NCBI GenBank assembly: GCA_965237715.1
Contig: CBDEGM010000003.1
Location: 1,746,375-1,810,374 of the forward strand
Length of the DNA: 64,000 nt
Source of the DNA: Acidobacteriota bacterium
GTDB taxonomy: Bacteria > Acidobacteriota > UBA6911 > RPQK01 > CBDEGM01
Direction: 5' to 3'
Numbering within the stretch: the first letter of the stretch is position 1; each line of letters starts with the position of its first letter. Position numbers and translations under genes: made by a program. Below are positions 19,604 through 29,474 of this stretch, in pieces. The notes under the pieces are model-generated. The model was not told the DNA's origin. It saw only the letters and a list, made by a program, of their open reading frames with translations, and searched no databases.

Positions 19604-20987
19604 GATCTTAAGCCACCTTTCGTTTGGCGTCCATAGAAACCTCGTCTCTGAGTTTGGCTTTCAGCATCCAGAGGTCCTGGTAGCCCTGGATGCGCCGGAA
19701 GTTCTTCTCCGTCTCCAGGAAGGCTGAGGCGGCCCAGCGCAGCACCATCTGGCTATCTTTCCAGCGGCTCACTCGGCGGGTCCGCATCCTCACGCCAGAG
19801 TGAGGGCTTTCAATCAGGTTGGTGCTGGCCAGACACAAGCGCAGGGAGGAAGACAACTCGAGTCGATTGATGGTGAAGGTCTCTTCCAGACCTTCTCGCA
19901 GGCTAGCTGCCGCATCGGGATGCAGCCCTTCGAGCCACTCCGCCTGCTTTCTGAGCCGAACCCTCCCTTCTTCCCAGGGCAGCCGATAAGCAGCCTGCAT
20001 CACTGACTTGACTTGCTCGGCCAGATCGTCCGGCAATCGATCGCACACGTTGCGAATCTTATGACGACGACATCTCTGCACCGGACTGCCCTTGCCAAAG
20101 ACCTTGTCAATGGCACATCGCAGGGCCCTGGAGCCGTCAATCACAAACAGATAGCGTCGCCCGGAATCCAGGCCTCGCTCCACCAGGTCTTCCAGCAAGG
20201 AGGTAGCGGTGGCGGCGTTTTCACTGGCCCCTTCCCGCAGCCCCAGCACGTGCTTTTGGCCCTCCGAGTCCACGCCGGCGGCACAGATCACGTGGTGCTC
20301 GCCAAAGACCAGGCCGTCGATGTAGATGATCAGAAACTCAACGTCATCAAAGTGTCGCTCGGCCAGCTGCTCCAGCTGCTGGCCGCTCTGCTCAATGAAC
20401 TGACGGCTCACGGACGATTTGCTGACTCCCACCGTGTCGGCCATCTGGGGGATCACGCGGCTGTAGTGGCGCGTGGAAACGTTGCACGTCAAGATCTCCA
20501 GCATGCGGCTGCCCAGCTCCCCGTTACGGTTGATCGCCTCATAGGCGGGGATCTCCACCTCCCCGCCTCGACCTTGGCCTTTCTTGCGCAGCCGTGGCTT
20601 TCGAACCCGCACTTGCCGCTCCGAAAGTCTGACTCGCCCTGGCTGAGTGCCGTACCAAACGACCTGCTTGCCTGGGCGCCCTTGTTGCTTTTCGCCGGCG
20701 ACACTTCGGGCAGAAAGCTGCAAGACCGCTTCCATGCTCGCTCGCCCCAGGATGTCGATCAACTCGTCAATGGCCATCCGGGGGGCTTCGATCAGCTCCA
20801 CCATCGGGAGCAACAGTTGCCCGTTCTGGGCCAGATAATCAGCCAGCCCCTGACTGTTCTTCCGGGTGACAATTCGATATGATTTCTTCATGGCTGTTCC
20901 TCCTTAAAAGGTTGTTGACCAACCCGATTCTAACGAGTCGGTCGGACGAACCGCCTCTCAACTTTCAACTAAACCCGGGACAGTCTC
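19554..20987 (-). mobile_element. IS256/ISLre2-like IS (1434 bp), roughly 38-bp IRs, 8-bp TSD CCTCGATG
   Basis: TSD at 19546-19553 and 20988-20995; the uninterrupted IS481-like sequence carries a single CCTCGATG. Confidence 0.8.
19608..20891 (-). CDS. Mutator-type (IS256/ISLre2 family) transposase
   Basis: 427 aa; DGSRALRCAIDKVFG...VQRCRRHKIRNV motif. Confidence 0.8.
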   Translation of the reverse strand: MKKSYRIVTRKNSQGLADYLAQNGQLLLPMVELIEAPRMAIDELIDILGRASMEAVLQLSARSVAGEKQQGRPGKQVVWYGTQPGRVRLSERQVRVRKPRLRKKGQGRGGEVEIPAYEAINRNGELGSRMLEILTCNVSTRHYSRVIPQMADTVGVSKSSVSRQFIEQSGQQLEQLAERHFDDVEFLIIYIDGLVFGEHHVICAAGVDSEGQKHVLGLREGASENAATATSLLEDLVERGLDSGRRYLFVIDGSRALRCAIDKVFGKGSPVQRCRRHKIRNVCDRLPDDLAEQVKSVMQAAYRLPWEEGRVRLRKQAEWLEGLHPDAAASLREGLEETFTINRLELSSSLRLCLASTNLIESPHSGVRMRTRRVSRWKDSQMVLRWAASAFLETEKNFRRIQGYQDLWMLKAKLRDEVSMDAKRKVA

Positions 20988-21782
20988 CCTCGATGTCGCT
21001 GGACTTCAAGATCTGACGCAACGGCAAGTGCTTCGTGTCACGGTCAAGGATGACGTGGGCCGAGCTGCGGAAAAAACCGTCGACACAGCCGGTCAGGTTC
21101 CTTCCGAGTTGCTGCATCCATTCGGAGTTGGGGTGAGGCGTCGCACCCGCGATTTCAATGCGCCGCGTCTTTAGATGCATCACCACAAGGACGTAGAACG
21201 TGACCAGTCCTGACCGAGTCCAGACCTCAACGGTCGTAAAGTCGGCGGCTGCGATCGAATCCCAGTGAGCAGCAAGGAAGGTACGCCAGGCCGTGCGGCT
21301 CTCGCGCTCTGGAGCTGGCTCGATGCCGTGGGCTTTGAGAATGTTGCCAACCGTGGTGTCAGAGATGTGGAAGCCCAGGTTGGCTAAAGCACCCTGGATA
21401 CGGTCATAGCCCCAGCTAGGATTCTCCTGAGCCATGCGCAGAGCCAAGTCCACAATCTGTGTCGAATGCGTGGCCGGCCAACGGATTGCCTCTTGTCTGA
21501 GTGATCCCACTTGCGAGCGATAAGCTCTCGATGCCAGCGCAGAAGCGTGTCGGGCCTGACGATCTTGGCCAGTTTGCCGAGGCTTTTTCGGCCCAGCACC
21601 TTGCCCTTGACGGCCAAGCGTCGACGCTGGCCGTCGTTGAGCAGAATGCGGCGCTTGCCGAGCTTTTCTCTGAGTACCTGATTCTCAGTCAAAAGATACT
21701 CGATCGCGTCCTGCTGGTCTCTGTTGATCCAACCGGCCAAGATCAGGAGCAGCAGCTGCCAGGGCCTGAGCACGAAGTTCAT
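20965..21782 (-). pseudogene. N-terminal two-thirds of the IS481-like transposase, with two frameshifts
   Basis: ORFs 20965-21510 and 21384-21782; the [22 protein letters not shown] segment marks the shifted frame. Confidence 0.6.
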
Positions 21783-21927
21783 GGTTGATTAGATGCTCAC
21801 GTCAAGTGCTCAGACGCAAAGGGGGAAAACATTGGGGCTCAACCAAGGCTGACTTCTGTTTGCCGTGACGGTTACAACTTGTTGCACAATAGAGACTTGT
21901 GGGTCGGCTGAATATTTTGACCTTACG

Positions 21928-22151
21928 CCCTCGCTGGATTGGCCTCTACACGAGCCAGGGGCAGGAAGGGAGGGCGCCCTCACGCGCTGAGCAAAGCGCA
22001 GGTGCGGCTAGCTCAGGCAGCGATGGCGCAGCGCGACACGAAGGTCAGCGAGCTATGCCTAGAGCTAGGCGTAACCAAGGCGACGATCTACCGCTACGTA
22101 GCGCCAGATGGTTCCTTGAGAAACCGAGGGCGACAGGTCCTGGCTCGCTAG
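21928..22151 (+). pseudogene. Serine recombinase (resolvase) C-terminal HTH fragment, 5'-truncated by the IS481-like copy
   Basis: GRKGGRPHALSKAQVRLAQAAMA...VTKATIYRYV. Confidence 0.55.
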
Positions 22152-22169
22152 GCGGTCCCAAGAGCGGCC

Positions 22170-22207
22170 CTTAACGTGTGATTTTGCTCCGTTACTGTCG
22201 GAACCCC
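22170..22207. repeat. Tn3-family 38-bp terminal inverted repeat (reverse complement GGGGTTCCGACAGTAACGGAGCAAAATCACACGTTAAG)
   Basis: Matches the Tn3-family IR consensus GGGG.......ACG.A..AAA.TCACGTTAAG; lies directly downstream of the resolvase fragment. Confidence 0.6.
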
Positions 22208-22208
22208 T

Positions 22209-23227
22209 ATGCGCCAAACTCGGTTTCTTCGTTGGATCCGGTGGACGACCGGAGCGCTGCTACTCCCTATCATCGCCATGCCGATCATGGCAGCAGCGCA
22301 GGGTCGGTAACTGCAGCTCGTGTCGACGGTGTGGCCGCCGTTCACCAACGCGCCAGAACAGCCGCGGTTTGCCCTCGATCTAGTCGGCGTGGCTCTCGAA
22401 CGCGTGGGGATCATCGCCGAAACGGTCATCGTGGACGAGTCCAGGCTGACGCCCTCACTGCTGAGCGGCGAGTTCGACGGAAGCGCGGCCTCTGGAAGGA
22501 CACGGAGCGCGAACGCGCGCTAATTTACTCGCAGCCGTATCTAGAGAACCGGTTGATCCTCGTCGGGCGGCAGGGCAGCGACGTGTCCGCGACCTCGCTG
22601 GCCGGCCTCGCCGGCAAGCGGATTGCCCTGGTCGCCGGATACGCGTATGGCGAGGCAGTCGAGACGACGGACGGGCCGATCTTCGTTGGTTCGAACAGCG
22701 AAGAGGACAGCGTCGCAAAACTCCTCGACGGTGAGGCGGACTATACGCTGATGGATGACCTAGTCATCCAGTACCTCATCAGCAACCACGGAGAAGAAGC
22801 TCGAACGCGGTTGGCGTTCGGCTCGACGCTGCTGCTCACACGCTCGCTGCACCTCGCCGACCGCCGGTCGCTTCCGGACGCCGAGTCGATCATCTCGCGG
22901 TTCAACGCCGAACTGCGCGGCATGATCGCCGACCGCAGCTACCATCGCCTGCTCCATCTTGACTGGCTTAGAGCGGACGGCGACGGCGACGGTCGCACGG
23001 AGCACGTGCCTCATGACGATCAAACCGGACCGCACCCGCCGGAGCATTCCTACGAGCTCTTCGCGATGGGCAGTCCGACCACGGAGCCAGGCAGGACGCG
23101 GCGCTTCTACTTTGGCGGCAACATCTATGAAGGCTGGTCCACCGTGCCCGACCAGTACAAGGCCCTGGACTTCCCCGGGCCCGACCCGAGACAACGTACG
23201 ATCAGAATCTTCACGTTCAGGTTTTAG
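22209..23227 (+). pseudogene. Family-3 solute-binding protein (amino-acid ABC transporter, periplasmic) with an in-frame stop after the signal peptide plus a frameshift
   Basis: Signal peptide MRQTRFLRWIRWTTGALLLPIIAMPIMAAAQGR then TAA; the SBP3 core is split between ORFs 22320-22523 and 22178-23227; GC about 67%. Confidence 0.5.
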
Positions 23228-23999
23228 CGGGAGCGAGTCCACCGCGCTCGTGTTACATGATCCCGTAGGGAATCTGCCCAGATCGCCGTCATGAGGCGAC
23301 GGCTGGCAGGAGCATTCGGGGTGGAGGCGCCGTCGAGGGCGGTGCAAGGCGGCTCGTGCTGAGGGCAGTGATGGTTCGGCGCGGTGGGAAACGCACGGGC
23401 GCGGATGGCGTGACGGCGTTAGCGGTCTCTGAACTGGGAGGCACCGTTGGACACCCGCATCGGACCACCAAAGGGGGTTCATATCACGAAATTGACCGGC
23501 GCCTACGAGGCTCTGAACAACTCCTACAACACGCTCGTGAAGGATTTGGAAGAGCTCATTCGTTAATCCATGCCGAGGCCGAGCAGAAGCGGAAGGCCGG
23601 GCACCGGTGGGACCGCGTTGAGAGCAGAATTGAGAGCCTTATCCAAGGCCGGGTGCGTAGCCGTAGCCATGACTTCGACCGGTAGTTCTCACGGCTGCAC
23701 ATCGAATGTTTTCACCGTTCATCTCCAGGATGTGGACGTGATGGGTCAAGCGATCCAGTAGGGCGCCGGTCAGGCGCTCGGAGCCGAGCACCTAGGTCCA
23801 TTCGTTGAAGGGCAGGTTGCTGGTAAGCATCGTTGCGCCGCGTTCATAGCAGGTAGGCGTCTTCCATGTTTTTCCACCAATTTCTTCCTTTCGTTGCGCT
23901 TACACGGCTTGTGGGCATCTGTTTTCGCTTGCAACGCCTACGGCTAGCTTGCTTAATGGGCAAGTTTTCTGAGCTGCCGACCAGGCCGAAACGGGCGAG

Positions 24000-25898
24000 C
24001 TACTCCTGGAGGCCCTCCGTGTCCGGCGGCAGACCGACGGCGTGTAGCGCTTGGTCAAGCGCTCGTTCCGCCTCGCTGCCCGGAGCGAGATCAAGTGCTG
24101 CCTGGCGGAGGACCGCTGCGGCGATCGGCAACGACGCAGCAGCAGGCATCAGATCCCTCATCGCATGGAAAAAGATCCGCTCCATCTCTTCCCGGTTGGC
24201 TCCCCCAATGCCTTCGACCGTCATGCCGTTAGTGCGATGCGTGCCGCCCTCGACGGCCAGATAGTACGCATGGCTTAGTATCAGCGAATTCCAATGGTGG
24301 CCGCCATATCCAAAATCATCGGTAGAGTCGATGTACTGGCCATCGACGAATACGAACCCGGAGTAGTCCCAGTTCTCGTCTTCGTCCAGAGTGAGGGCGA
24401 ACTCGTAGCGGTCGCGGTAGACATCCGGATAAAAGCCGTCACGGAGCGACTTGGGGTCGCTCAGGGAGCGAATGGGTCCGCGCTTCGTTTCGCCGCCCAC
24501 GAGATAGTCGGCTGTGGCGCCTTGATTTTCATAGAAGAATTCGAGGGATTCTCCGAAGATGTCGGAGTAAGCTTCGTGGATGGCGCCGTCTCCCGAGTAA
24601 GCGAGGAGGAACCGCCCGTCGACACACCAGGCCGGGACCAGGCCTTCTTCCGGCCCCTCCATTGCCGCCCCCAAGCCGGGGAACCGTGCGGTGGCGCACG
24701 TGTAGATTTCACCGTCGACGTCGGTGAAGCTTTCCGGACCGAGTCTCGTGTCCAGAGGGAAGGGGTTGGCAAGACCAAAGGGGCTTCCGGTGCGATTGCT
24801 CACGGAGAAGTGCGTCACACCGTGCATTAACTCGTGGCCAACGATATCGAGCACCATCAACGGGTCCTCGCTCGTTTCGTCGATAGCCCGGCCGAAAACG
24901 AATATGCCTCTGCCTTCCGGGCCAAACGGCGGGGGAGCAAAAAAGGCATTATCCGCGTCAATATTGACCATGGTGATCGTGCGTCCGTTCGCGCCGTCGA
25001 TGCCTTCCCAACCGTGTCTGCCGAAGAAATAATCGTACGTCCAGCCGCTGTAGACATGGGCGCCCACCACAGCCGGGTCATCCCATTCGTTATCCGCGTC
25101 GGCGGAGACGTCGTCCATTGTCCAGAGCGGTTCTCCGGGCGACATCTGATTGAAGAGATGACCGAAGAGTAGACGACTAGCACGCAGGAGGTTGAACCGG
25201 GCGTCCAGAGTGACGATTTCCCCCGGCCGCATCCGGTCGTATGCTCCGAAGCCGGCCCCCCCCTGCGTCGTACTCAGCTTCCTCCGCATACCCGTGGAGT
25301 CTGCGCCGGCCCCGACCGCCGACTGCGACTTGAGCGCATGGACGCGGTGCAGAAGTTTGCCGTTGGCGGCACCGACGAAATAGAAGTGTCCGTTACTCAT
25401 GGCGACTTGATAGGCCAGGACGTATGAGCCGTCAGGCCGCGGCAGTATACTCAGCGGCGGTTGCCGGTCGGCGACGAACTCTCCGCCGCGCATCACTTCG
25501 AGAAGCGCGGCGACCTCGGCCCCGGACAGCGCCGGCGTCGTATCCGCGGCGATCCCCTGGTGCAAGGTGCCGAACAGCGACACGGTGACGCCGCTACCGT
25601 CGAGCTGCCGGGATACGCCGCCGCCGTGCACGGGAATGCCTGCATGGTACTGCGCGAGATACTCGTGGGTGCGGCTTTCCAGGGAGGCGTCGCTCCGGCG
25701 CGACATGACGACGAGTTCACTGGTGCGCTCCATGCCGTAGACCGTCGCGTCCCACCGTTGCAACGTGTCGAGGCCTAGAGCTTGTCCGGCTGCGATGGAA
25801 ACGACATCGAGTTCCTGGGCCGTAGCGTCGTGCCCCGTTGCCATGAGTGCGAAACCGATGAGGCCCAGAGCGATAAAGATTCGTGGAGCGACTCTCAT
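24000..25898 (-). CDS. M4 (thermolysin-like) zinc metalloprotease with signal peptide
   Basis: HELMHGVTH zinc motif plus the downstream HEAYSDIFGE third-ligand motif; 632 aa. Confidence 0.7.
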   Translation of the reverse strand: MRVAPRIFIALGLIGFALMATGHDATAQELDVVSIAAGQALGLDTLQRWDATVYGMERTSELVVMSRRSDASLESRTHEYLAQYHAGIPVHGGGVSRQLDGSGVTVSLFGTLHQGIAADTTPALSGAEVAALLEVMRGGEFVADRQPPLSILPRPDGSYVLAYQVAMSNGHFYFVGAANGKLLHRVHALKSQSAVGAGADSTGMRRKLSTTQGGAGFGAYDRMRPGEIVTLDARFNLLRASRLLFGHLFNQMSPGEPLWTMDDVSADADNEWDDPAVVGAHVYSGWTYDYFFGRHGWEGIDGANGRTITMVNIDADNAFFAPPPFGPEGRGIFVFGRAIDETSEDPLMVLDIVGHELMHGVTHFSVSNRTGSPFGLANPFPLDTRLGPESFTDVDGEIYTCATARFPGLGAAMEGPEEGLVPAWCVDGRFLLAYSGDGAIHEAYSDIFGESLEFFYENQGATADYLVGGETKRGPIRSLSDPKSLRDGFYPDVYRDRYEFALTLDEDENWDYSGFVFVDGQYIDSTDDFGYGGHHWNSLILSHAYYLAVEGGTHRTNGMTVEGIGGANREEMERIFFHAMRDLMPAAASLPIAAAVLRQAALDLAPGSEAERALDQALHAVGLPPDTEGLQE

Positions 25899-25960
25899 TA
25901 TGTGTCGATCTCCTTTGGGTCAAGCGAACGAGTTTGCCGGTTCGCTATGTGGAGGCGCAT

Positions 25961-26797
25961 TCAGAACCGCAAGCGCAGGCCCCCGGCCGTATGCAGCCCA
26001 CCGGGCTTGATGTCCAGTGTTCCGTTGCCCGCGGACGGAAGTTCCAACGCCGCCCGGCTGTAACGGGTGAACCAGCCGATACCGACGTGGTCAGTGAAGT
26101 AATAGGTGACGTCGGCTCCCACGTTGAATCCGATAGTCGAGGCGGATTCCGTGCTGGCGGCCGCACTGGAGAACGTAGCCGTGTCGAAGGGGTATGCGTG
26201 GACGAAATTCACGTCGGTGACAAGTTGCTGCTTCACGTTGAAGAACGTGGGTCCGGCAAAGCCCATTACCGTGAGCGAGTTCGTGGCCGGCACCACCACG
26301 TACGCTTGCAGGTGGACGGCCATCTCGCTGCGGGTGAGAGGCGACGAAACGCCCGAGATTGAGCGGTTGCGGTTGAAGTAGAGCGGGTGCGGCAACTGCG
26401 CCGATACGCTGGCCGTTTTCTCGGTGTTGAACCACGATATACCGGCACCGAGCGCGAAGTACGGCGCGATGCGCACGCCGCCGCTCACATCAAAGAGCGC
26501 CCCGGTCCTGTAGCGGCAGTCGCTCTCAAAGCGGGCCTGCTCCTGGGCTGCAGCCGCTGACAGGACCTCGCGATACACACCTCCCGATTCCGGAAAGTCG
26601 ACGCTTTCGGAGAAGCTGCCGGTCAGTGCTTGCAGTCCTCCGTTGATGCTAATGAACGTCCGCGCGTTCCCTGCGGCCTGCTGTGCGTGGGAGGGCGCGA
26701 CGCCAGTTAGTGTCAGGACTGCGGCGGACAGCCAGAGGGCCAGTGCCGACGACGATCGCGTGTTCGAATGTGTGGTTATGAGGTTTCCTATGGTCAA
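25961..26797 (-). CDS. Outer-membrane beta-barrel protein (OmpA-like/porin family)
   Basis: Signal peptide, alternating amphipathic strands, C-terminal ...GLRLRF. Confidence 0.5.
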   Translation of the reverse strand: MTIGNLITTHSNTRSSSALALWLSAAVLTLTGVAPSHAQQAAGNARTFISINGGLQALTGSFSESVDFPESGGVYREVLSAAAAQEQARFESDCRYRTGALFDVSGGVRIAPYFALGAGISWFNTEKTASVSAQLPHPLYFNRNRSISGVSSPLTRSEMAVHLQAYVVVPATNSLTVMGFAGPTFFNVKQQLVTDVNFVHAYPFDTATFSSAAASTESASTIGFNVGADVTYYFTDHVGIGWFTRYSRAALELPSAGNGTLDIKPGGLHTAGGLRLRF

Positions 26798-26866
26798 GGA
26801 GACATATTACATCATCAAATTGGGATGTGTTGCAACTTTCAAAAAGCGGCAGGAGAGCGATGGGTT

Positions 26867-26903
26867 GGGGTCGACCAATCTCCGTCTCATGCAGCCACCT
26901 CGA
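26867..26903. repeat. About 35-bp sequence GGTCGACC...CTCCGTCTCATGCAGCCACCTCGA, also present at 35553-35590
   Basis: 24 consecutive identical bases plus a conserved GTCGACC. Confidence 0.4.
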
Positions 26904-27549
26904 ACAGCTGGTTACGGCAACGAGCTTCACCTTTTGACCTGCCCCCACCAACGAGACCACCCTCTAAGTTAGCCCCGGGACCATTTAAAGTCCACTCCAG
27001 GGAGCAGAGCCAGGGTCTGGGATCTCGGGAAGCTTACGCCCGGACCTAGCCAAGGCGGTGACCGTGCATCCAATCTGTCAGGAATAACTCTAGAACCCTG
27101 GACGGGATGTGTCCATCAATCCAAATGAGAACTCTATTCTGACGCCTTAGCGTCCCGGTCGATCGGCTTTTTACCGACTCGACTTCAGGTATGGACACGC
27201 AGCGTCCTCAACCTAGTGGTCGCCGCCATCGTGCTATGGAACACGGTTTACCTAGTGGGTAGTGCACGCTCGCTTTGTGGGACGCTGAAAACGCGGACGA
27301 CAGCCTGTTTGCCTCCACCTGTCGCCACTGGGCTCGGAGCCCATCAACCTGACTGGAGACTACAACTGGCGGCAGAACAAGCAAGTCAAACAGGGTGACT
27401 TCCGCCCCTTACCGCCGCTCAATTGGCCTTAGAGTACGATTCCGTTTCGTGAGGTGACGCCTACACGCTGGGGTCAGCGTTCCTGCGCAATGACGTACTA
27501 CCCGTCATGCCTCCATACGTTGGCGTTGATTGGTTTCTCTCGGTTTTTC

Positions 27550-27793
27550 TTAGCTTGGTTCCCGTGCATGTCGCTCTATCGCGATGTCGATTGTTCTGTT
27601 GATCGTCTGCGCCGGGATGACTACCCCGATTCCAGCGGGTATCCCTTCCCATTGTGCCGTTCCGCTGACCATTCCAAGTAAGGAGCTTTTGGTATATTTC
27701 TGGGTTCCGTCGAGTGCCGTTGGCGCTGGTTTCGTTACCACCGGACCTCCGCTATTGCCAAACCATGTTGCTCCGTCGATTAGGATTATTTCG
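27550..27793 (-). pseudogene. Trypsin-like (S1) serine protease C-terminal fragment, truncated by IS6 element 2
   Basis: GNSGGP active-site serine motif. Confidence 0.45.
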
Positions 27794-28605
27794 GGCACTG
27801 TCAGAGGAAAGTCGCAAGGACTGAGTTCTCCACCGACGACAGGGAATTAGGCCGCCCCGAGCTGACGCCACTCGGCGAGTGCGGCGGCGCGGTTGAGCTT
27901 GAAATTGTCTCGTGAGCAGAGGTGTCGTGCCTGGTTGAAGTGATTGTAAACGGAAGAATGAACGGTGGCGAATTTCTGGAGGCTTTGCATCCGCCTGAAA
28001 CGGAGCATGGCGTGTTCTCGTCGCCGGAACGGCAGGTGTGAATTCTCCGCACGATTGTTCAGCCAGCGGCCGGCTTGTTGCAGACCGGATCCGCCCAGTT
28101 CGCGCAACGCCGCTCGGTAAGACCTCAGCCGATCAGTGATGATCGCATCCGGCCTGCCGTAGCGCTTCATTAGTTTCCTGAGGAATTTCAAAGCGGCTTC
28201 GCGGTCTCTCTTCTTCGAGACAAAGGCCTCAAGCACCTCGCCTTCCTGGTCGACGGCTCGCCAAAGGTAATGGCCTTCGCCGTTGATCTTCACGAACATC
28301 TCATCGAGGTGCCACCGCCAACCCGAAAACGCGCGCATTCGATCCATCCGCTTCTTGCGGATCTCGGCGGCGAAGATCGGGCCGAACCGGTTCCACCAGA
28401 ACCGGATCGTCTCGTGGCTCACCTCGATCCCACGCTCGTGAAGAAGGTCCTCGACATTGCGTAGCGACAGTGGGAAGCGAACATACATCATCACTGCCAG
28501 GCGGATGATCTCGGGCGAGGTCTTGAAATAGCGAAAGGGGTTCTTCATCCGAAGACACTACAAGGCGCATCTCGCCGACTCAAGCCAGTTTCCTCTGACA
28601 ATGCC
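27794..28605 (-). mobile_element. IS6-family element 2 (812 bp), IRs GGCACTGTCAGAGGAAA / GGCATTGTCAGAGGAAA
   Basis: IRs read directly at both ends. Confidence 0.75.
27847..28548 (-). CDS. IS6-family transposase (distinct from 14931-15653)
   Basis: 233 aa; IS6 pattern SLRNVEDLLHERG...HLDEMFVKING. Confidence 0.85.
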   Translation of the reverse strand: MKNPFRYFKTSPEIIRLAVMMYVRFPLSLRNVEDLLHERGIEVSHETIRFWWNRFGPIFAAEIRKKRMDRMRAFSGWRWHLDEMFVKINGEGHYLWRAVDQEGEVLEAFVSKKRDREAALKFLRKLMKRYGRPDAIITDRLRSYRAALRELGGSGLQQAGRWLNNRAENSHLPFRRREHAMLRFRRMQSLQKFATVHSSVYNHFNQARHLCSRDNFKLNRAAALAEWRQLGAA

Positions 28606-28687
28606 GAGTTTGGCGAATGCATATGGTCCGAGGCGATCGTCGTGAGCATAAAGCCCCCTAAGCCTGCTGGATGCTTCGCGAAACGAT

Positions 28688-28813
28688 ACTGTCAAGTTAA
28701 CCGAAATGCACTCTTTTTCGATGCGAAATCAATTCTAGCCAGCATGGAAAATCAACGACTTAGCTAGTACGTCAATCAGGGTTAACCTCCAGAAAATCAG
28801 TTAACTTGACAGT
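28688..28813. mobile_element. MITE copy a (126 bp; TIR ACTGTCAAGTTAAC, variant-1 interior)
   Basis: Perfect 14-bp TIRs. Confidence 0.6.
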
Positions 28814-29337
28814 GCCGTATCGAGCAATACCTGGATTGCCGGCCGGTCCCCCGGCCGGTCGCCGACATGGTGTAGCCGAACGACTCCCTCCGGGTCGACG
28901 AGCACGTCGCCTCCCAGTTGGCTGACATCGCCACTCGGCATCCGGAGACGCCGCCCCCGTAACAGCAGCTTCATATAGGCCCACCAAGACGGCGGTCCGA
29001 AAATACTCCACCAGTGCCCCCGGTTCATGCCATAGGCCTGATACACCTCCAGCGCACTGTCGATCAGTATCGGCCACTCCAGACGCGTGTCCCGCACATA
29101 GGCCTCGGCGACCGGGCCGCTCTGGAAGGTGACGACGACGACCTGGACATCGAGTTTCTTCAACTCCTTCTTGTGCTGTCGCAACTGCGACAGGTGTTCC
29201 CGGCACGGCAGTCAGGCTAGGTGCCGGTGAAACACCAGCAGTAGCCAGTGTCCGGAGTAGTCCGCGAGCTGGTGCCAGCGGCCTGTGAACTCGGGTAAAC
29301 GGAACCCGACGGCAGGTTGTCCGCGTTTAGTTTCCAT
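28801..29337 (-). CDS. Thioredoxin-fold TlpA/ResA-like redoxin with an in-frame TGA (29212-29214) at the CxxC first-Cys position (U-L-P-C). Candidate selenoprotein, copy A; the last codons and stop lie inside the MITE TIR
   Basis: ORFs 29212-29412 and 28801-29184 are in the same frame, separated only by TGA; alignment to TlpA (F.LP...G..L.D..G..LLV.F....U.PCR.E.P.L; WPILID; YQAYGM; VLVDPEGVV..HVG); hairpin CUGUCGC-AGUU-GCGACAG 21 nt after the UGA. Confidence 0.6.
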
Positions 29338-29474
29338 CGCCTGTGAGGGTGTGGGCAAGGCGCGCAGCAGCTTCGGGACGGTCTGCTCGGCCGTAAACCG
29401 ATTCCGTGACATTCCTAGGACTCTCCCTGGGGCACAGAACCTGCACGATTCTACACCTTATTGACAGGTCCAGT

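Larger units (their letters stand above)
19070..21927 (-). mobile_element. IS481-like element copy 6 (minus orientation), split by an IS256-like insertion
   Basis: Ends cgtaaggtaaaaatattcggtcgg (19070) and ...gaatattttgaccttacg (21927). Confidence 0.8.

Noticed and set aside
29212-29214. The TGA in the redoxin gene read as a simple nonsense mutation (pseudogene)
   Set aside because: It is identical in both copies, sits precisely at the catalytic Cys position of a CxxC motif and is followed by a hairpin at SECIS distance, so the Sec interpretation is more parsimonious. Pseudogenisation cannot be excluded without knowing whether sel genes exist.
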